Shown here one piece after another: positions 24,488-37,230 of a stretch of DNA of 63,992 nt. The notes under the pieces were generated by a model, which had not been told where the DNA came from, searched no databases, and worked only from the letters and a program-made list of their open reading frames with translations. A program made the position numbers and the translations under genes. Each line of letters starts with the position of its first letter. Within the stretch, counting starts at the first letter, position 1. The DNA lies in contig NC_068987.1 in NCBI RefSeq assembly GCF_001194135.2, positions 34,190,867-34,254,858 of the forward strand, in the 5' to 3' direction. The stretch is from Octopus bimaculoides (Eukaryota).

Positions 24488-27250
24488 CCTCCCCGTCTTT
24501 CAGATTTTGATTCCCTTGGGATTTCAGTACATTTTCCGATTAGGAATTATTTCCGTATCTTCAGTGTGTTTACGTTTTCTATTACTGCTCCTACTAGACT
24601 TAATCTCATTTGGTGCTAGCACATCAGATATGTAAAAAACGTGCATTGGAATTTCCTTCCTTTCTTACGTATATCTAGTTTTTAATTCATGTAGTTGTCG
24701 TGTATGCTCCCATCGTTGGACTTTTATTAAATACATCATGTTCTTTTAGTCACTATACCGTCCTGCCAACATTCTTTACCGTTCGTGCATGTTTTGAAAT
24801 GGACTTTGTCTCGACACCAAATAGTTTTGTTATTTTTTCTCTTTTGTCTATATGTTTTTTTTTTTATTTAGCAACAATTTGTCGAAGATACATTTTATCT
24901 TCTGAGCGAACGTTAGCTCTGCTGGCAACTTACCTGAACTGGTATTCGTTTTGGACGTTATTCTACACACTTAAGAACTGAATTAGCGCTTCACCATTTC
25001 CTAATTCGTTCCTTGCTTTTTGTAGTGCTCACTTAAAAGTGTATACAAATCACTCTGTTTGCCCATTTGATCCCTGGTGGAAGGGCGGGGTAAACATATG
25101 CTTGATTACATGCACTTAGAAGAAATTTTTGAATTCGTATCCTGTAAACTGTGTTCCATTATCCAATAATATAATGTCCGGAACACCGTATCGTACAAAA
25201 ACATCGTGCAGGAAGTGTGTCTCATTCGAGGATGGTTGATTGTACCAACATATTTCTGGCCACTTGGCAAATGTATCAACGATGATCAAGTAGTATGCGC
25301 CATTCACCGGTCATGCTTTTTCTATATGTACCCTGTACCACAAACTATCTATCTCAGGTCACGATTAGTATTTCATCGGTGTTCCCTTGGCTAATAGCAC
25401 ACAACCTCTACATGATTCCACCAAATTTTCAATGCCCAAGTTCATTTTGGGTAAAACATGTAACACCTCATCAAAGATTTCATTCTTGATATCCACGGGT
25501 GTCCACTATGAAATTCATGTAATACGCATTTCTGCACTGAAGATGGTATTACCACTCTTTGTACGTACATTTATACATCGTCGCATAGTGAAAAAATGGT
25601 TCGCATTTGTGTTTCTCTTTTGTTTACTTTTCAAGGTTTCCTTCCATTTTACTATGTATTTGTCATCCGCTAATTTATTTTTATGCTTTGCGCAGTCACT
25701 GGCGGTTCCTGAATGACATTGCACATAACGTTTTTAATTACGTTTTGTGATTGTAATGCAGCTCTCACCGTATATTTCAGTGGTTCGGCATTCTTCTCCA
25801 TGGCCAATTTTCTTACAAGGAATGTACTCCATCATAAAGTGATAATTAAACAATATCGTAACCCGACGTTGCAATCTATTTGAAATATGGGTAGGAATTC
25901 CTTTCTTCGATCCAAAAATTGATAATAATAGTCGTAAGTTTATAGCCTAAAACTTATACCGTTCAAAATCCTGAAATTTCTTCATGGCAAAAATAATCGC
26001 AAGATTTTCTTTCTCTATCCGACTATCACCTTCATGTCATCGTCATTATATCTGTATAGCTTTATTGGCCCTACGCCATAATCACAAGTGTCAGAAGCTA
26101 CAATAATCACGCTGCAGGATCGACTTGATCCAGCGACAAATCCAATATTGATATTTTGTTTTTTAATATTGTCAAGCGCGTTTTAACAATTGTTTGACCA
26201 ATTTCACTTCACCTCTTTTTTTGGCAAATTATTCAGTGAAGCTCAATTTATACATGTTTGGTATGTAATTTTAATAATTTAACAGTTTAACTTTGGATGA
26301 ATATCTCTCCTGCGGTTACTTTACTAGGACAAACACATCAATATTACTTCACTCTTGCATAAAATCAAATGGCATCATGTCGGTACTCTCTTCTGGACTA
26401 GTTAAGCTGTAACCCTTTCTGCAATTTTCATGATCTAATATAGCAGATTGATGTTTCTGTAATTACTTATGTCTAAGACATTTCTTTTACTTTTGTAGCA
26501 TTTGCATATAATGTTACAACACCATTCGTAGGGTATAATACCTTCCTGTATATCTTGATTACTTATCCATGTAATTAGGCTGCATCAAATTCCACCAGAT
26601 ATTTTAGCATAACGTCATACATGTAAATGCTAATCTATCATAGTACTATCGGCTAGGATAAATGGTCTTTTTTCTTGGGACTACATTAAGAAGACTCTCC
26701 ACTTTCCATATTTAGCAGCATTTCGAAGTAGCTATTGAATACTTCTTTATTTTCATATTCACTAATTGCGTCGTTATCCAAACATACAAAGCTCTGTTCT
26801 ACACTATAAAATCTTTCAATACACAACTTTACAATGCGGTCCTGCATCGTAGAACACAAGCAGACACCTTTCTACTTCTCCGATTGCTGGATTGACCTGT
26901 CATCTAGATTGCTACCGTCATTCATCCATTGCTACAAAGCCTTTCTCGCCCTCGGTAGCTTGTCCGAAAGGAACTTCTACCTCACCTTTACGTTATAAAT
27001 CTCTATCACCTGCTTTTCATAAAATCCTTCATCTAGTACTTTTCTAAATTTCTGACTGTTCATTGATTCTTTCTATCTACCATAATTTTTTTCAACATTT
27101 AACTTTATATCTGAGCTCTTTTAACTCTAATTTTGGATTGTAATTCTTCCCCAGATTCCACATTTTCGCACGGTTTATGATGTTATGTTGCTTCAAAAGT
27201 TCTCTGTCTAACTTTCATACATCACTGACATCTTTAATGAATACATTAGC
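24488..27250 (-). mobile_element. Degraded Ty3/Gypsy LTR retrotransposon pol (RT, RNase H, integrase)
   Basis: Integrase YLIIVDTFAKWPE..GVPDIILLDNGTQFTG and HMFTPPFHQGSNGQTE. RNase H ASDTCDYGVG, EKENLAIIFA.KKF, LLSIFGSKKGIPTH..NRLQR. Order RT-RH-IN is Gypsy type. Many stops. Confidence 0.9.
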
Positions 27251-30211
27251 CTGGACTTCGAGAAAAAATAAGAGCTTGCCAATTATTGTGAAATTGGGAA
27301 GAAACAATAGGACGTAAACCACTTAAAAGGTAACACAAAATATACTTCAGTTGGAAGACAATTATTTGCAATAAGATTTGTTAGTAATGTTTTACAACGA
27401 ATATTAAATTTACTTTATATGTACAAGAATTTGAAGAGAGAAATATCGACTAGCATATGTCTTATTCATTAGAGTCAAGAGTGACAATCACTCAGATTCT
27501 TTAACGTTATCTGATAGTTATCTTCGTTGCTGTTAATATCGTTTAACCCCATATCAACCTTGAATGAAAAAGATAAGAAGTCGACGGCATTCCAACCCTG
27601 GCTATTTCTGCTTTTATAGTGCTATGTAGAACATAGTTTTGTGATGAGACATATCTGTATAAAAGGTCTTTTAAAGAGTTATGGCTGCTGTCTGAACGCT
27701 TTGTTTTCAGTCAAGGCTACCACATCAGTGTGCTCTCTAATATGCAAATGTAACAAATATTTCTGGTGACGTTATGAAACTCGCTCCATGTTTAATAGCA
27801 GGGTATTAAACAAACTACATTTTGAGGTAAGTCTTTCTTCAATATGTTCGTATATTTTATATTGTTTTAGATTCAATGAATATAATTATAGAAAAGACTA
27901 CAGTTCAGCAATTCGTAATACTTCAAGTTCAGCGTGCAAAGTCTTCAGAATGAGGCATCAGTAAATAAGAAGTAAACATTCTAAAAACGGGTACAAATTA
28001 AACTCAACATATAAACAGAGTATAACAGAACACAATGCTTGTAATATTAACAATGGTAAGTTACATTAATCAGGAATATAGTATTACATGTAAATTATTT
28101 CCATGTTTGAGAATTAGGTGTCCATCCTTAAATGCATATCGCCACAAGTTTCTGCAGATGTGTTTACATGATCCCTTAGGGAGCATTTTCATAGGAAGTA
28201 CATTGGGTATGAAAGTATTTATTCCGTGATGTCTTTGAAATAACGTACCAGAAAACAACAGTTAAAAATACAATTATATTATTAAAATGTATAATGCCTC
28301 GGAATTTAACGAGAGGTACAAAATATTTTTAATGAAATACGTAGGAAATATTGGAGACAGACTCAAATCGAGAGAGCTACTGATGTTTTAGGAAGGGAGG
28401 TAAATCAATAGAGATGTGGATATATAGTAGAATATTGACTTAACATGCATTAACAAGGTTGTCACAGTAGACAGATAATTCACTATATATTCATTTCTAA
28501 TAAACGGGTTTAAATATCACCAGCGATTGATTTAAAACCGCTGATATTATAAGTGATTTTATTGCACTTCGTGAACTTGACATAGGAAAGTGTATCGTGG
28601 GGAGGGTGGATTTAAGAGCCGTAATCTTGAGCATCATGTTATAAATATGATATATTTCACTATTCAAAGTGCTACTGGCTATATTGCAGTCACGAATGTT
28701 ATTAGTTTTACGATTACACTGCTCTTTCTTTTTTTTATGTCCGGGTAATGTCGACAGCAATTATAAAGGCAATCAAGAAGTTTAGAAGTTTCTCGGTGTA
28801 TAGACGTCCGCATCATTTAAATGTTTATTGAAATCCACACATGACATGAATTTAGATATTATGGATAAAATTGAAATGTGGTCAATATGTAATAGAAGAG
28901 ATTCAGTTCACTTTCAGAAATGTACTTAGCATAGTTTTATTGATTTTGTCTATACGTAAGAATATTAGAAAGATAATGTCTATTTCAGACAAATGTGTGG
29001 AAAGTATCCAAATATATTACAGGGCAGAATCTACGGAAAGATCGCATGGTGAATTCCTAACATCAGAAGGAATTAATTTAAAATCGTAGGATTGTATGTA
29101 AGAAGTGAGGTGAGTTATTTAAAGTTTACTCATGAACCAGTAATTTAACATCACAGTAGTCACACCACCGTATCTTATTGAAATAAGGATTATAATCCAA
29201 ATGACATTTGCTTTTTGCTATAAGATAAAGGACGAATATCATAGTCACCGTTTTGATGTTATCAGAATTACGTATGTTGGTTATAATTGGTTTTCAATAG
29301 ACTTTACATCTAATGGAAACCACAAGAGTCAAACCGTGAAAGCATTACGGTGTCTACGATTGAAGGCAATGTAAATATATTTTCTAAATACGAAATTTAT
29401 TCTGTACTCAAGTAGGTGTGTAATAGCCATAAACAGATTTCTGTTGTTCTTATTTTATTAGATGGCGATATATTTTACATTAAACGAGGCATAATTTTGG
29501 CTTATATGTTAGGCTTAGATATATTACTTTTCTTTTGCAAGACAATAAACAGGGTGTAGAATGAATAAATATATCCGCAAAACTTTTAGAGAGAGAATAT
29601 AGTTGATTTATTCCTGCATTAATTATAGGAAAAAATATCGGCGTCATTATTTCACATTTAATGCTCCTGAATCTTATGGCCAAAAATTAATCGAATTACC
29701 AATACATATAATCTGACAAGTGTTTAATGGTGAATTCGTAATATAAGCATCATAGTGGCATGACTGTTTAGTCATGCATACGTATAAGGTAATATATAAT
29801 GCACAGAGAAAAAGTGGCACACATGTCTGTATGTTTATCAATATTAGAATCATGAATAACTAAAATTTCGTGATATTAATGTAGCTAACTATTCACCCTC
29901 ATGCAGTTATAGACTACATTTTCGCCGCAGTTTGTAAAGTTAAAGTTATTTCAATTTTTGTTTAAATTCATTCACTTTATGTGATGATTTACAACTTGGA
30001 TTTCGTTTACTATCTAAAAACAACAAACAGAAAAAGGTGAGTAACTGTGTCAAAAACGGTAGAGTGGGGAATAATATTTAGGAGGAGGCTCGTACTTGGA
30101 TAGTCAAGTTATTCCTGGATCTGTGTCATTCTTTGTGTGATCTCAATAGGGGTTTCGCATGTATCAGTAAGACTGTCTTATTCAAGTAATCAGTAGTTTG
30201 AGTACTATGTA

Positions 30212-31443
30212 TTGGGTCATCCCATAAATAATGACATTTTTAATACTATTTTTCAAAATTAAGAAAGAAAAATTCTTCAATCTAAAATATGCTCTCCTTC
30301 ATTTCCTATAATGCTCTTCCATATATCCAGTTGACTTGGAAGGCCACTTTTCCAAATTTCACTTGACTGTGACAGACAATACTACACGAGTATTGTTCTG
30401 CCTTTGTCTACAGATTTCATATTTTTCTGTCCAAATGATTTTGAAGACTGCGGAATAAATGATAATCATTTGGCGCAATGTCCGGTGAATATGGTGGATG
30501 GGATAAAGTTTCCCATTCAAACTACTCCAGCTTTTGGAATGACATTCTCGCTGTATGTGGCGGAGCATTGTTATCCTGATAGAAGAGCACATTTCGCCTT
30601 GAAAGGAAAGATGGTCATTTTTCTTCTAGCATTGACTTAAGCCGCACAAGCTGCTCGCAGTACATCTTCTTTATCGTTTGAATTAGGTCTAAAAGTTTTA
30701 ATTGTACTAAACTTTTCGTATCCAACCAAACAGATAACAACTTACGTGGGTGAAGACCTTCTTTTGCCTGGTGTGCCAGCGTTTCTCCTTTCCCTACGCA
30801 CTGCCTGAAGCACTTCACATTTTATAGATAACCTAATTCTCGTCACCAGTCACTATGGGGTCTAAAAAACTTCACTTCGAGAGACGTGACTGCAAAGACG
30901 AGACCACTCTCTCTGTGCGCGATTAGACTGGGAAAGTGTGTTAAGAACACATTGACCCAATTTCCTGATTTTTCCAATGTCTCTGCAGGTGTCGATGAAT
31001 GGTAAAATGAACAAATCCAATCTTCTCTGCTAGTTCCGTAAAAGAAAGTCCTCCACGAGCTCTAAAGATCTTCCAGGAGATCTTCTAGACTGTAGTTTCC
31101 GTCACAGAATTTCTGGAACCACCGTTGACACTAGCTTACGCTTATTATTCGATCTCAGTATACTACATTAATATGCCTCGTACTTTTCGTTGCGTTGTTG
31201 CCTTTATTGAACTCATAAAGCAAAATATACCGAATATGCTCCTTTGTCACTTCCATTATAACTTTGAAAAAATAACTGTTGGTGTAGGACTGCACTCTTC
31301 AAAACTTGCACTAAGAATAAAGACAATGTACAATTACTACTTGATTTTATAGCAAGTTGATACAGATAGATTATCCCATCCACCTACGACTTTTAATTCA
31401 TGCAATCGAAAACGATAAGCGCATTATTTCTGGGATGGCCCAA
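30212..31443 (-). mobile_element. Near-full-length mariner (DD34D-type) transposon, inactive
   Basis: TIRs ttgggtcatcccataaataatg (30212) and reverse complement of cattatttctgggatggcccaa (31422-31443), TA at the left end. Transposase remnants include HRTLRQMIIIYSAVF (SPD.APSD.LF-like). Confidence 0.9.
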
Positions 31444-31584
31444 TTATATAGTCATCTCAATTCACTGACTTTTCACTTTCTTTCTTTTCGTCTTTAGTAT
31501 AAACCTGCATACAAAGTGCTGACTTTCTTTTGAAACCATTCTTGATTAGCTGGTATGGTTAATGCAAGAAAACATCATCATTAT

Positions 31585-31975
31585 TAACAATTGTATCAAT
31601 ACCAACAGATTGCAACGTTTCTCTAAAAGCAATGGAGAAACTTACAAAGTACAAAGACCTGGAAATAGAGGTAACTCGAATTTGGAGTCCAAAAACAGAA
31701 ACAGCTCCTATCATAGCATTAGGTATGATAAAAAAATATTCAGACTAATACATATGGACTTACAAATATATATAACATACAGAAGATAGCACTACTAGGC
31801 ACTGCACACATCCCACGTAAAACACTTTGAATACAGTAACCATAAGAGCACCACAGCAAACCACAGCACATACCCAAGGGACACAGAGCTGCGCTCGATA
31901 GTACAGTGAAAGCACGCTATAAAAATAGGAATACGGCATGATAATAATGATAATAATAATAATAATAATAATAAG
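31585..31975 (+). mobile_element. R4/Dong-like RLE LINE 3' end (family 3) with (AAT)n tail
   Basis: VSIPTDCNVSLKAMEKLTKYKDLEIEVTRIW..KTET.PI.ALGMIKK..IQKIALLGTAHI.RKTL, then a distinct 3' UTR and an AAT tract. Confidence 0.9.
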
Positions 31976-32004
31976 AAGAAGAAGAATGATAATAATAATA
32001 ATAT

Positions 32005-32190
32005 TAATAACCCCTTATACTATAGGCAGACGGCCTGAAGCTTGTAGTGGATGGGCTAGTGGATTTCGTCGAACACAGTGCATAACTGTGGATGAAAGAC
32101 AAATTCGACCCCGGTGGAATTTGAACTCAGAACGTAGCAGAGGATGAGATGTCACTAAGCATTTCGCCCGGCGTGGTAACGATTTTGCCA
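32005..32190 (-). mobile_element. Family A SINE
   Basis: Reverse complement tggcaaaatcgttaccacgccgggcgaaatgcttag...gttctgagttcaaattccaccggggtcga. Confidence 0.8.
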
Positions 32191-32233
32191 CATAAACACA
32201 CACACACACACACGCACACAATTAGGCACAACG

Positions 32234-32320
32234 AGAAGTAGAAAAATGGAGGACTACGACTAGGAGAAGTAGAAAAAATGGAGTACTACTACTAGGAGAA
32301 GTGGAAAAATTGAAGAAGTA
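32234..32320 (+). repeat. ~31-bp minisatellite, ~3 copies (gagaagtagaaaaatggag.actac.actag)
   Basis: Three imperfect head-to-tail units seen directly. Confidence 0.75.
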
Positions 32321-33622
32321 AAACGATATGTACGGTCATTGAAAAGATAGAAGAAGAGAAAATAGATAATGGAATATCAGGTGAGACAGGGAAGTTAATA
32401 TTAGAGAATTGCAATATAATACACTTAAAAACATGGAGAAGTCAGAGAATAAATAGAAGAAATCAACGTGAACAAGTAATACATTGTATGATGGAATAAT
32501 TTCGATATCTTAGAGTAATAATGAAAACAGATAAATATGAAAAAGGAAAAAAAGAAAAATGAATTTAGTATTCAGTATTACGACTATTATATACTCATCG
32601 GAATGCTAAACGTCCTAGCAAAACAAGGTAGAAGAAAACGAACATAAAAATAATGCTATAAGAATATACCAAGGATGAAATGATGTGTACATAATATATT
32701 TCCCTAGATTGCTGGTTGGTAGGGGCCTTACGCAGCTAAAAGAATTATACTCTATTTAAGGGAAGTATTACACCTTGCATAATATCGAATAACGAACATC
32801 TCCTTTAAAGACTCCAAAATAAGAATTTAGCGATACAAGAAAATATGGAACCTAATTCATGAAATACTTATTAAGGAAGACATATGTAGAGGCTACAAAC
32901 AAAAGTCGCGAACGAAAACATCCCCACCACATCATTCTGCAGCTTTATTTTCACAATAGTTTCTAACAGTGTTATGAAATACTAATAGAAACTATTAATA
33001 TATACATGCATCAGAAAATATTAGGTAGAAAAGAAAGTCTCTATATTGTGGTCCAAACTTAAACAGACACGAAATAAATTCAAATCTATTAGGGATACTT
33101 TATTAAAAAAAAAATATTCTATGAAATAGATACCTTCAAACCGAAGTAGAAGATTTTATTATCTTAACAGAAATGGAAACGTTATTCATTTGTTAAATTC
33201 ATGGAAGTAGCACTAACTGAAGTCGGAAATAAATATGGTATTGTCTGTTCACTCGGAACGGTTTGAAGAGGAACGCGCTGATAAACGGAATTGCTTAGAA
33301 CGATCAAATCCGGAAAACAGAGAAAATTGCAATCCTCAGCACCACAAACACATGCGCGGGCACATACACACACGCACGCACATACACGCATACACAGAGA
33401 AGCAAGCACATTCACACACACACACACACACACATACGCGCACGCACACATACACACATATATAAACGGTGCACTCCAGACTTTTTGAGATTTTTCAAGA
33501 CAGATGTATGTTTTATTTCAGAGAAGTCTAAAGCTCTAATCGCCTTCAAAGTAGGAGCCTCTGACTTCAACGCGTTAATGCAGCTGTCATAGCTCCCAGT
33601 CACTTCGTGAAGATCCCCCCCC

Positions 33623-33786
33623 AAAACATTATTGACATTATTTACATTTAACGGATATTTGTCCTCATCTTGTTTGTTGTTAACACAACGTCTCAACTGA
33701 TATAGCCTCCATCCTTCATCAGGTGTGTTGCTGAAATTTTCGAAGCTGGGTTCTCATTCCAAAGATATTTTTCGATGCTGTTGTTG

Positions 33787-33857
<71 letters not shown>

Positions 33858-33980
33858 GTTGCTGGTGTTGTTGTTGTTGTTGTTGTTGTTGGTGGTGGTG
33901 GTGTTATTCAGGTCATTGCCTGGAATCGAACTCGGAATCTTGGGGTTAGTAGCGTTCTTAATCACTACGCCATATGCCCG
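33623..33980 (-). mobile_element. tRNA-derived SINE (family E) with internal (AAT/AAC)n and a hammerhead motif; left copy of an inverted pair
   Basis: Minus head cgggcatatggcgtagtgattaag...gagttcgattccaggc, a triplet tract, then ...acacCTGATGAaggatggaggctatatcagttGAGACgttgtgtt. Confidence 0.85.
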
Positions 33981-34046
33981 TTGGCGTATTGGTTAAGAGT
34001 GTGAGCTACTAACCCCAAGATTCCGAGTTCGATTCCAGGCAGTGAG

Positions 34047-34084
<38 letters not shown>

Positions 34085-34270
34085 CAATATCGAAAAATAC
34101 CTTAGGAATGAGAACCCAGTATCGAGATTTCTCCAAGAGACCTGATGAAGGCTGGAGGGTATATCTGCTCAAACGTTGTGTTAACAACAAACAAGATGAG
34201 GACAAATATCCATCAAATGTAAATAATGCAAATAATGTATATAATTCCTCATCTCTTAAATATAGAACCG
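33981..34270 (+). mobile_element. tRNA-derived SINE (family E) with internal (AAT)n and a hammerhead motif; right copy of an inverted pair
   Basis: A box tggcgtattgg (33982), anticodon-like loop ctACTaa, B box gagttcgattcc (34025-34036), (AAT)n, then agacCTGATGAaggctggagggtatatctgctCAAACgttgtgtt. Confidence 0.85.
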
Positions 34271-35387
34271 TTCGATCCGAAGGAAGTCCTCCAGAAGGAA
34301 GGTACTCGAGACATTTGTCACAGCATCGCCCTTCTCAATATCATCAAAATATATGCTGTACTGTTCTCTTTCGACTTGGGGAGCAGCCAAAATTGGCAGG
34401 GACAAGATCTGGATTGTGCGGAGTATGAGGGAAATGTTTTGCTGCCTATCTGACGAGTATTTGGTTATCCAGATATTATTGTGGACTTGTGCACTGCCGT
34501 GGTGCAGGTGAAGAGAACGCTAGTAAAGAGCTCTGGCCTTTTTCAATGAAATCACTTTCTGAACTCCTTATATACCTTTACTAATTAATCGTTGGTCACC
34601 CTCTGGACAGAACGATCCCAGAGAATGTATATGATAATCTTGTTGGAAAAAAGAAGGTCACCTAGAGCTTCCCGTTGGATTTGCTTTTCATGGCATTCCT
34701 GTATCAGAAGTAAGACAAGATACTTCCGATAGGTACTTGATAAATGGATCATGACTGTAGATGTTGCTTTTAGAACAGGTCAGCAGAGACTTAGTTATTT
34801 TGGAATGGTAGTAATGAGCTGAACCACCCACATGCTGTCACCAAAGCGTCCTTTCTTCTGTTCTTCCAAGAGCTCACTGGAAGTAAACTTTGCACACATT
34901 TTGTGAATCTTCAGTTCTTCACGAATATTTCTGTGTAATAATGTCTGTCTATTTCTATGTAACATTAATAGACAGACCGAGCCTCAATAGAAAAGGCAAA
35001 TGGAACAATAACACTGACCACTACCACACTATGCAGGATGACGACTAAAGACAGAATGGAAGAAAATAATGAGACGCAGATATAAAACAGATACAAACAT
35101 CAAAATAACTAAACGCATAAATACAAAAAGGACACATTTGCGTACATTTCAGACGGAGATGAAAATGGAGATAAATAAGTAAATAAATAAACAAGTAATA
35201 AATGAATGAATAACTGACTAAATATAAAAAGGGCACGGACACAAATAGTATAGTAAGCAAACTTATATACATACACACACACACACACATACGCACGCAG
35301 ACAACCCCCCCCCCAAATATATATATATATATATATATACATACACATATGTATGTATATATGTGGGTATATATATTTATATATATG

Positions 35388-35423
<36 letters not shown>

Positions 35424-35427
35424 TTTA

Positions 35428-35941
35428 AAATGCAGAGATGCCTATAATAGGACATCTACTCGCTAGAAATAGCAGCAAAAGACTATATACCACAAAAATT
35501 AGGGATAATTTCGAAAGGAAATGAAAAATAAAAACTTTTACCAATCTATATTCTGTACCATGGTTTCATTTATTAATAATGATAACATTCTTTTTGGATA
35601 ATTTTCTGAAAGAATTTCGGCATTTTTGTATTTGCTGCCGATTAGGTAAACCGCAAATACGCGGTATATTTTGAAAAATTAGACATAGGAACACGAACCA
35701 TGCTGCTTATTGACTCGTGCTTCATATGTTGTCTGGTCATTTCTGCTGATGATTGTCCGACCTTGTAAGATATATAAATTTTATCTTACTAAAATTGACT
35801 TGAAACCATGGTACGGAATATAGATTGGTAAAAGTTTTTATTTTTCATTTCCTTTCGAAATTATCCCTAATTTTTATGGTATATAGTATTTTGCTGCTAT
35901 TTCTAGCGAGTAGATGTCCTATTATAGGCATCTCTGCATTT
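35428..35941. mobile_element. Foldback/MITE-like element with 141-bp near-perfect inverted arms
   Basis: 35428-35568 versus the reverse complement of 35801-35941 shows 3 mismatches. Spacer ~232 bp. The right arm runs into a gap. Confidence 0.8.
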
Positions 35942-36179
35942 NNNNNNNNNNNNNNNNNNNNNNNNNNNNNNNNNNNNNNNNNNNNNNNNNNNNNNNNNNN
36001 NNNNNNNNNNNNNNNNNNNNNNNNNNNNNNNNNNNNNNNNNNNNNNNNNNNNNNNNNNNNNNNNNNNNNNNNNNNNNNNNNNNNNNNNNNNNNNNNNNNN
36101 NNNNNNNNNNNNNNNNNNNNNNNNNNNNNNNNNNNNNNNNNNNNNNNNNNNNNNAAAAACCTCTTCGGTAAACTCATTT

Positions 36180-36280
36180 ATAATCATAAATATATAGGGA
36201 TTGACAATAACCTGCTTTTCCAACATACTGAGTATGTTGGAGAAGCAGGTTACTGTCAATCCCTATATATTTATGATTAT
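36180..36280. repeat. 101-bp palindrome (50-bp arms, 1-nt loop)
   Basis: ataatcataaatatatagggattgac...ccaacatact-g-agtatgttgg...atttatgattat, with 2 mismatches. Confidence 0.9.
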
Positions 36281-36306
36281 ATATATATATATGTACGTAT
36301 ATAATG

Positions 36307-36375
<69 letters not shown>

Positions 36376-36848
36376 TACTGTTCCCTACATGTATGTGGGG
36401 GTGTACATGTGTATATACGATTGGCATCTATATAGTTTCAGACTCAAAAATGTACTCCCGGCACTTTGATCGTCGTGGACCTAATAGTGCATAACACTAG
36501 CTAATAGTCTATATTTCTAAACAGAAATTATAACTATTTACTTTCTCTCATTATCAATCTTCATTGTATTATAATATTTACAATAATTCTTTCCGTATGA
36601 AATGCTAAATTTTTATAATCCTCAGTTGTCACATCTGCTGTTAGGTTCACTATTAATACCAATAGAGTTTTACTGGAACATATATTTGTAAAACACGGAA
36701 TAAATATAGACATAATGAATTGGTAATGGATGGAGGTGCAATTAAATTCACACGAAATATAATAACCGCCAAGAAAAGAAGATATAGATTAAAAATGCGA
36801 TACCTTCTAAAATGATGTATTTACAGTGATATTAAATACCACTTCAGT

Positions 36849-37230
36849 GGAGGCGCAATGGCTCAGTGGTTACGGCAGTGGACTCGCGGTCAGAGGATTG
36901 CGGTTTCGATTCCCAGACCGGGCGTTGTGAGTGTTTATTGAGCGAAAACACCGAAAGCTCCACGAGGCTCCGGCTGGGGATAGTGGCGAACCCTGCTGCA
37001 CTTTTTCACCACAGCTTTCTCTTACTCTTACTTCCTGTTTCTGTTGTGCCTGTAAATCAGACGGTCAGCTTTGTCACACTGTGCCAGGCTGAATATCCCC
37101 GAGAACTACGTTATGGGTAAACGTGTATGTGGAGTGCTCAGCCACTGCCACGTTAATTTCACGAGCAGGCTGTTCCGTTGATCGGATCAACTGGAACCCT
37201 CGATGTCGTAACCGACGGAGTACCAACAAA
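36849..37230 (+). mobile_element. Full-length tRNA-derived SINE (family C)
   Basis: A box tggctcagtgg (36859-36869), B box ggtttcgattcc (36902-36913), ~300-bp unique body ending gtaccaacaaa. No complete tRNA acceptor stem. Confidence 0.8.

Larger units (their letters stand above)
33463..34945 (-). mobile_element. Mariner transposase remnant split by an insertion (33463-33620 and 34281-34945)
   Basis: Minus strand NIREELKIHKMCAKF..EEQKKGRFGDS..HDP..GK..FF..(H)HGSAQVHNNI..PHTPHNPDLVPANFWLLPK..EDF, which resumes after the insert with FTK.LG...VEVRGSYFEGD*. Confidence 0.85.

Noticed and set aside
33981-34050. tRNA-Ser(ACT)-like sequence, and the tRNA-like head at 36849-36920
   Set aside because: No proper acceptor stem, and both continue into repeat bodies. 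These are SINE heads, not functional tRNA genes.
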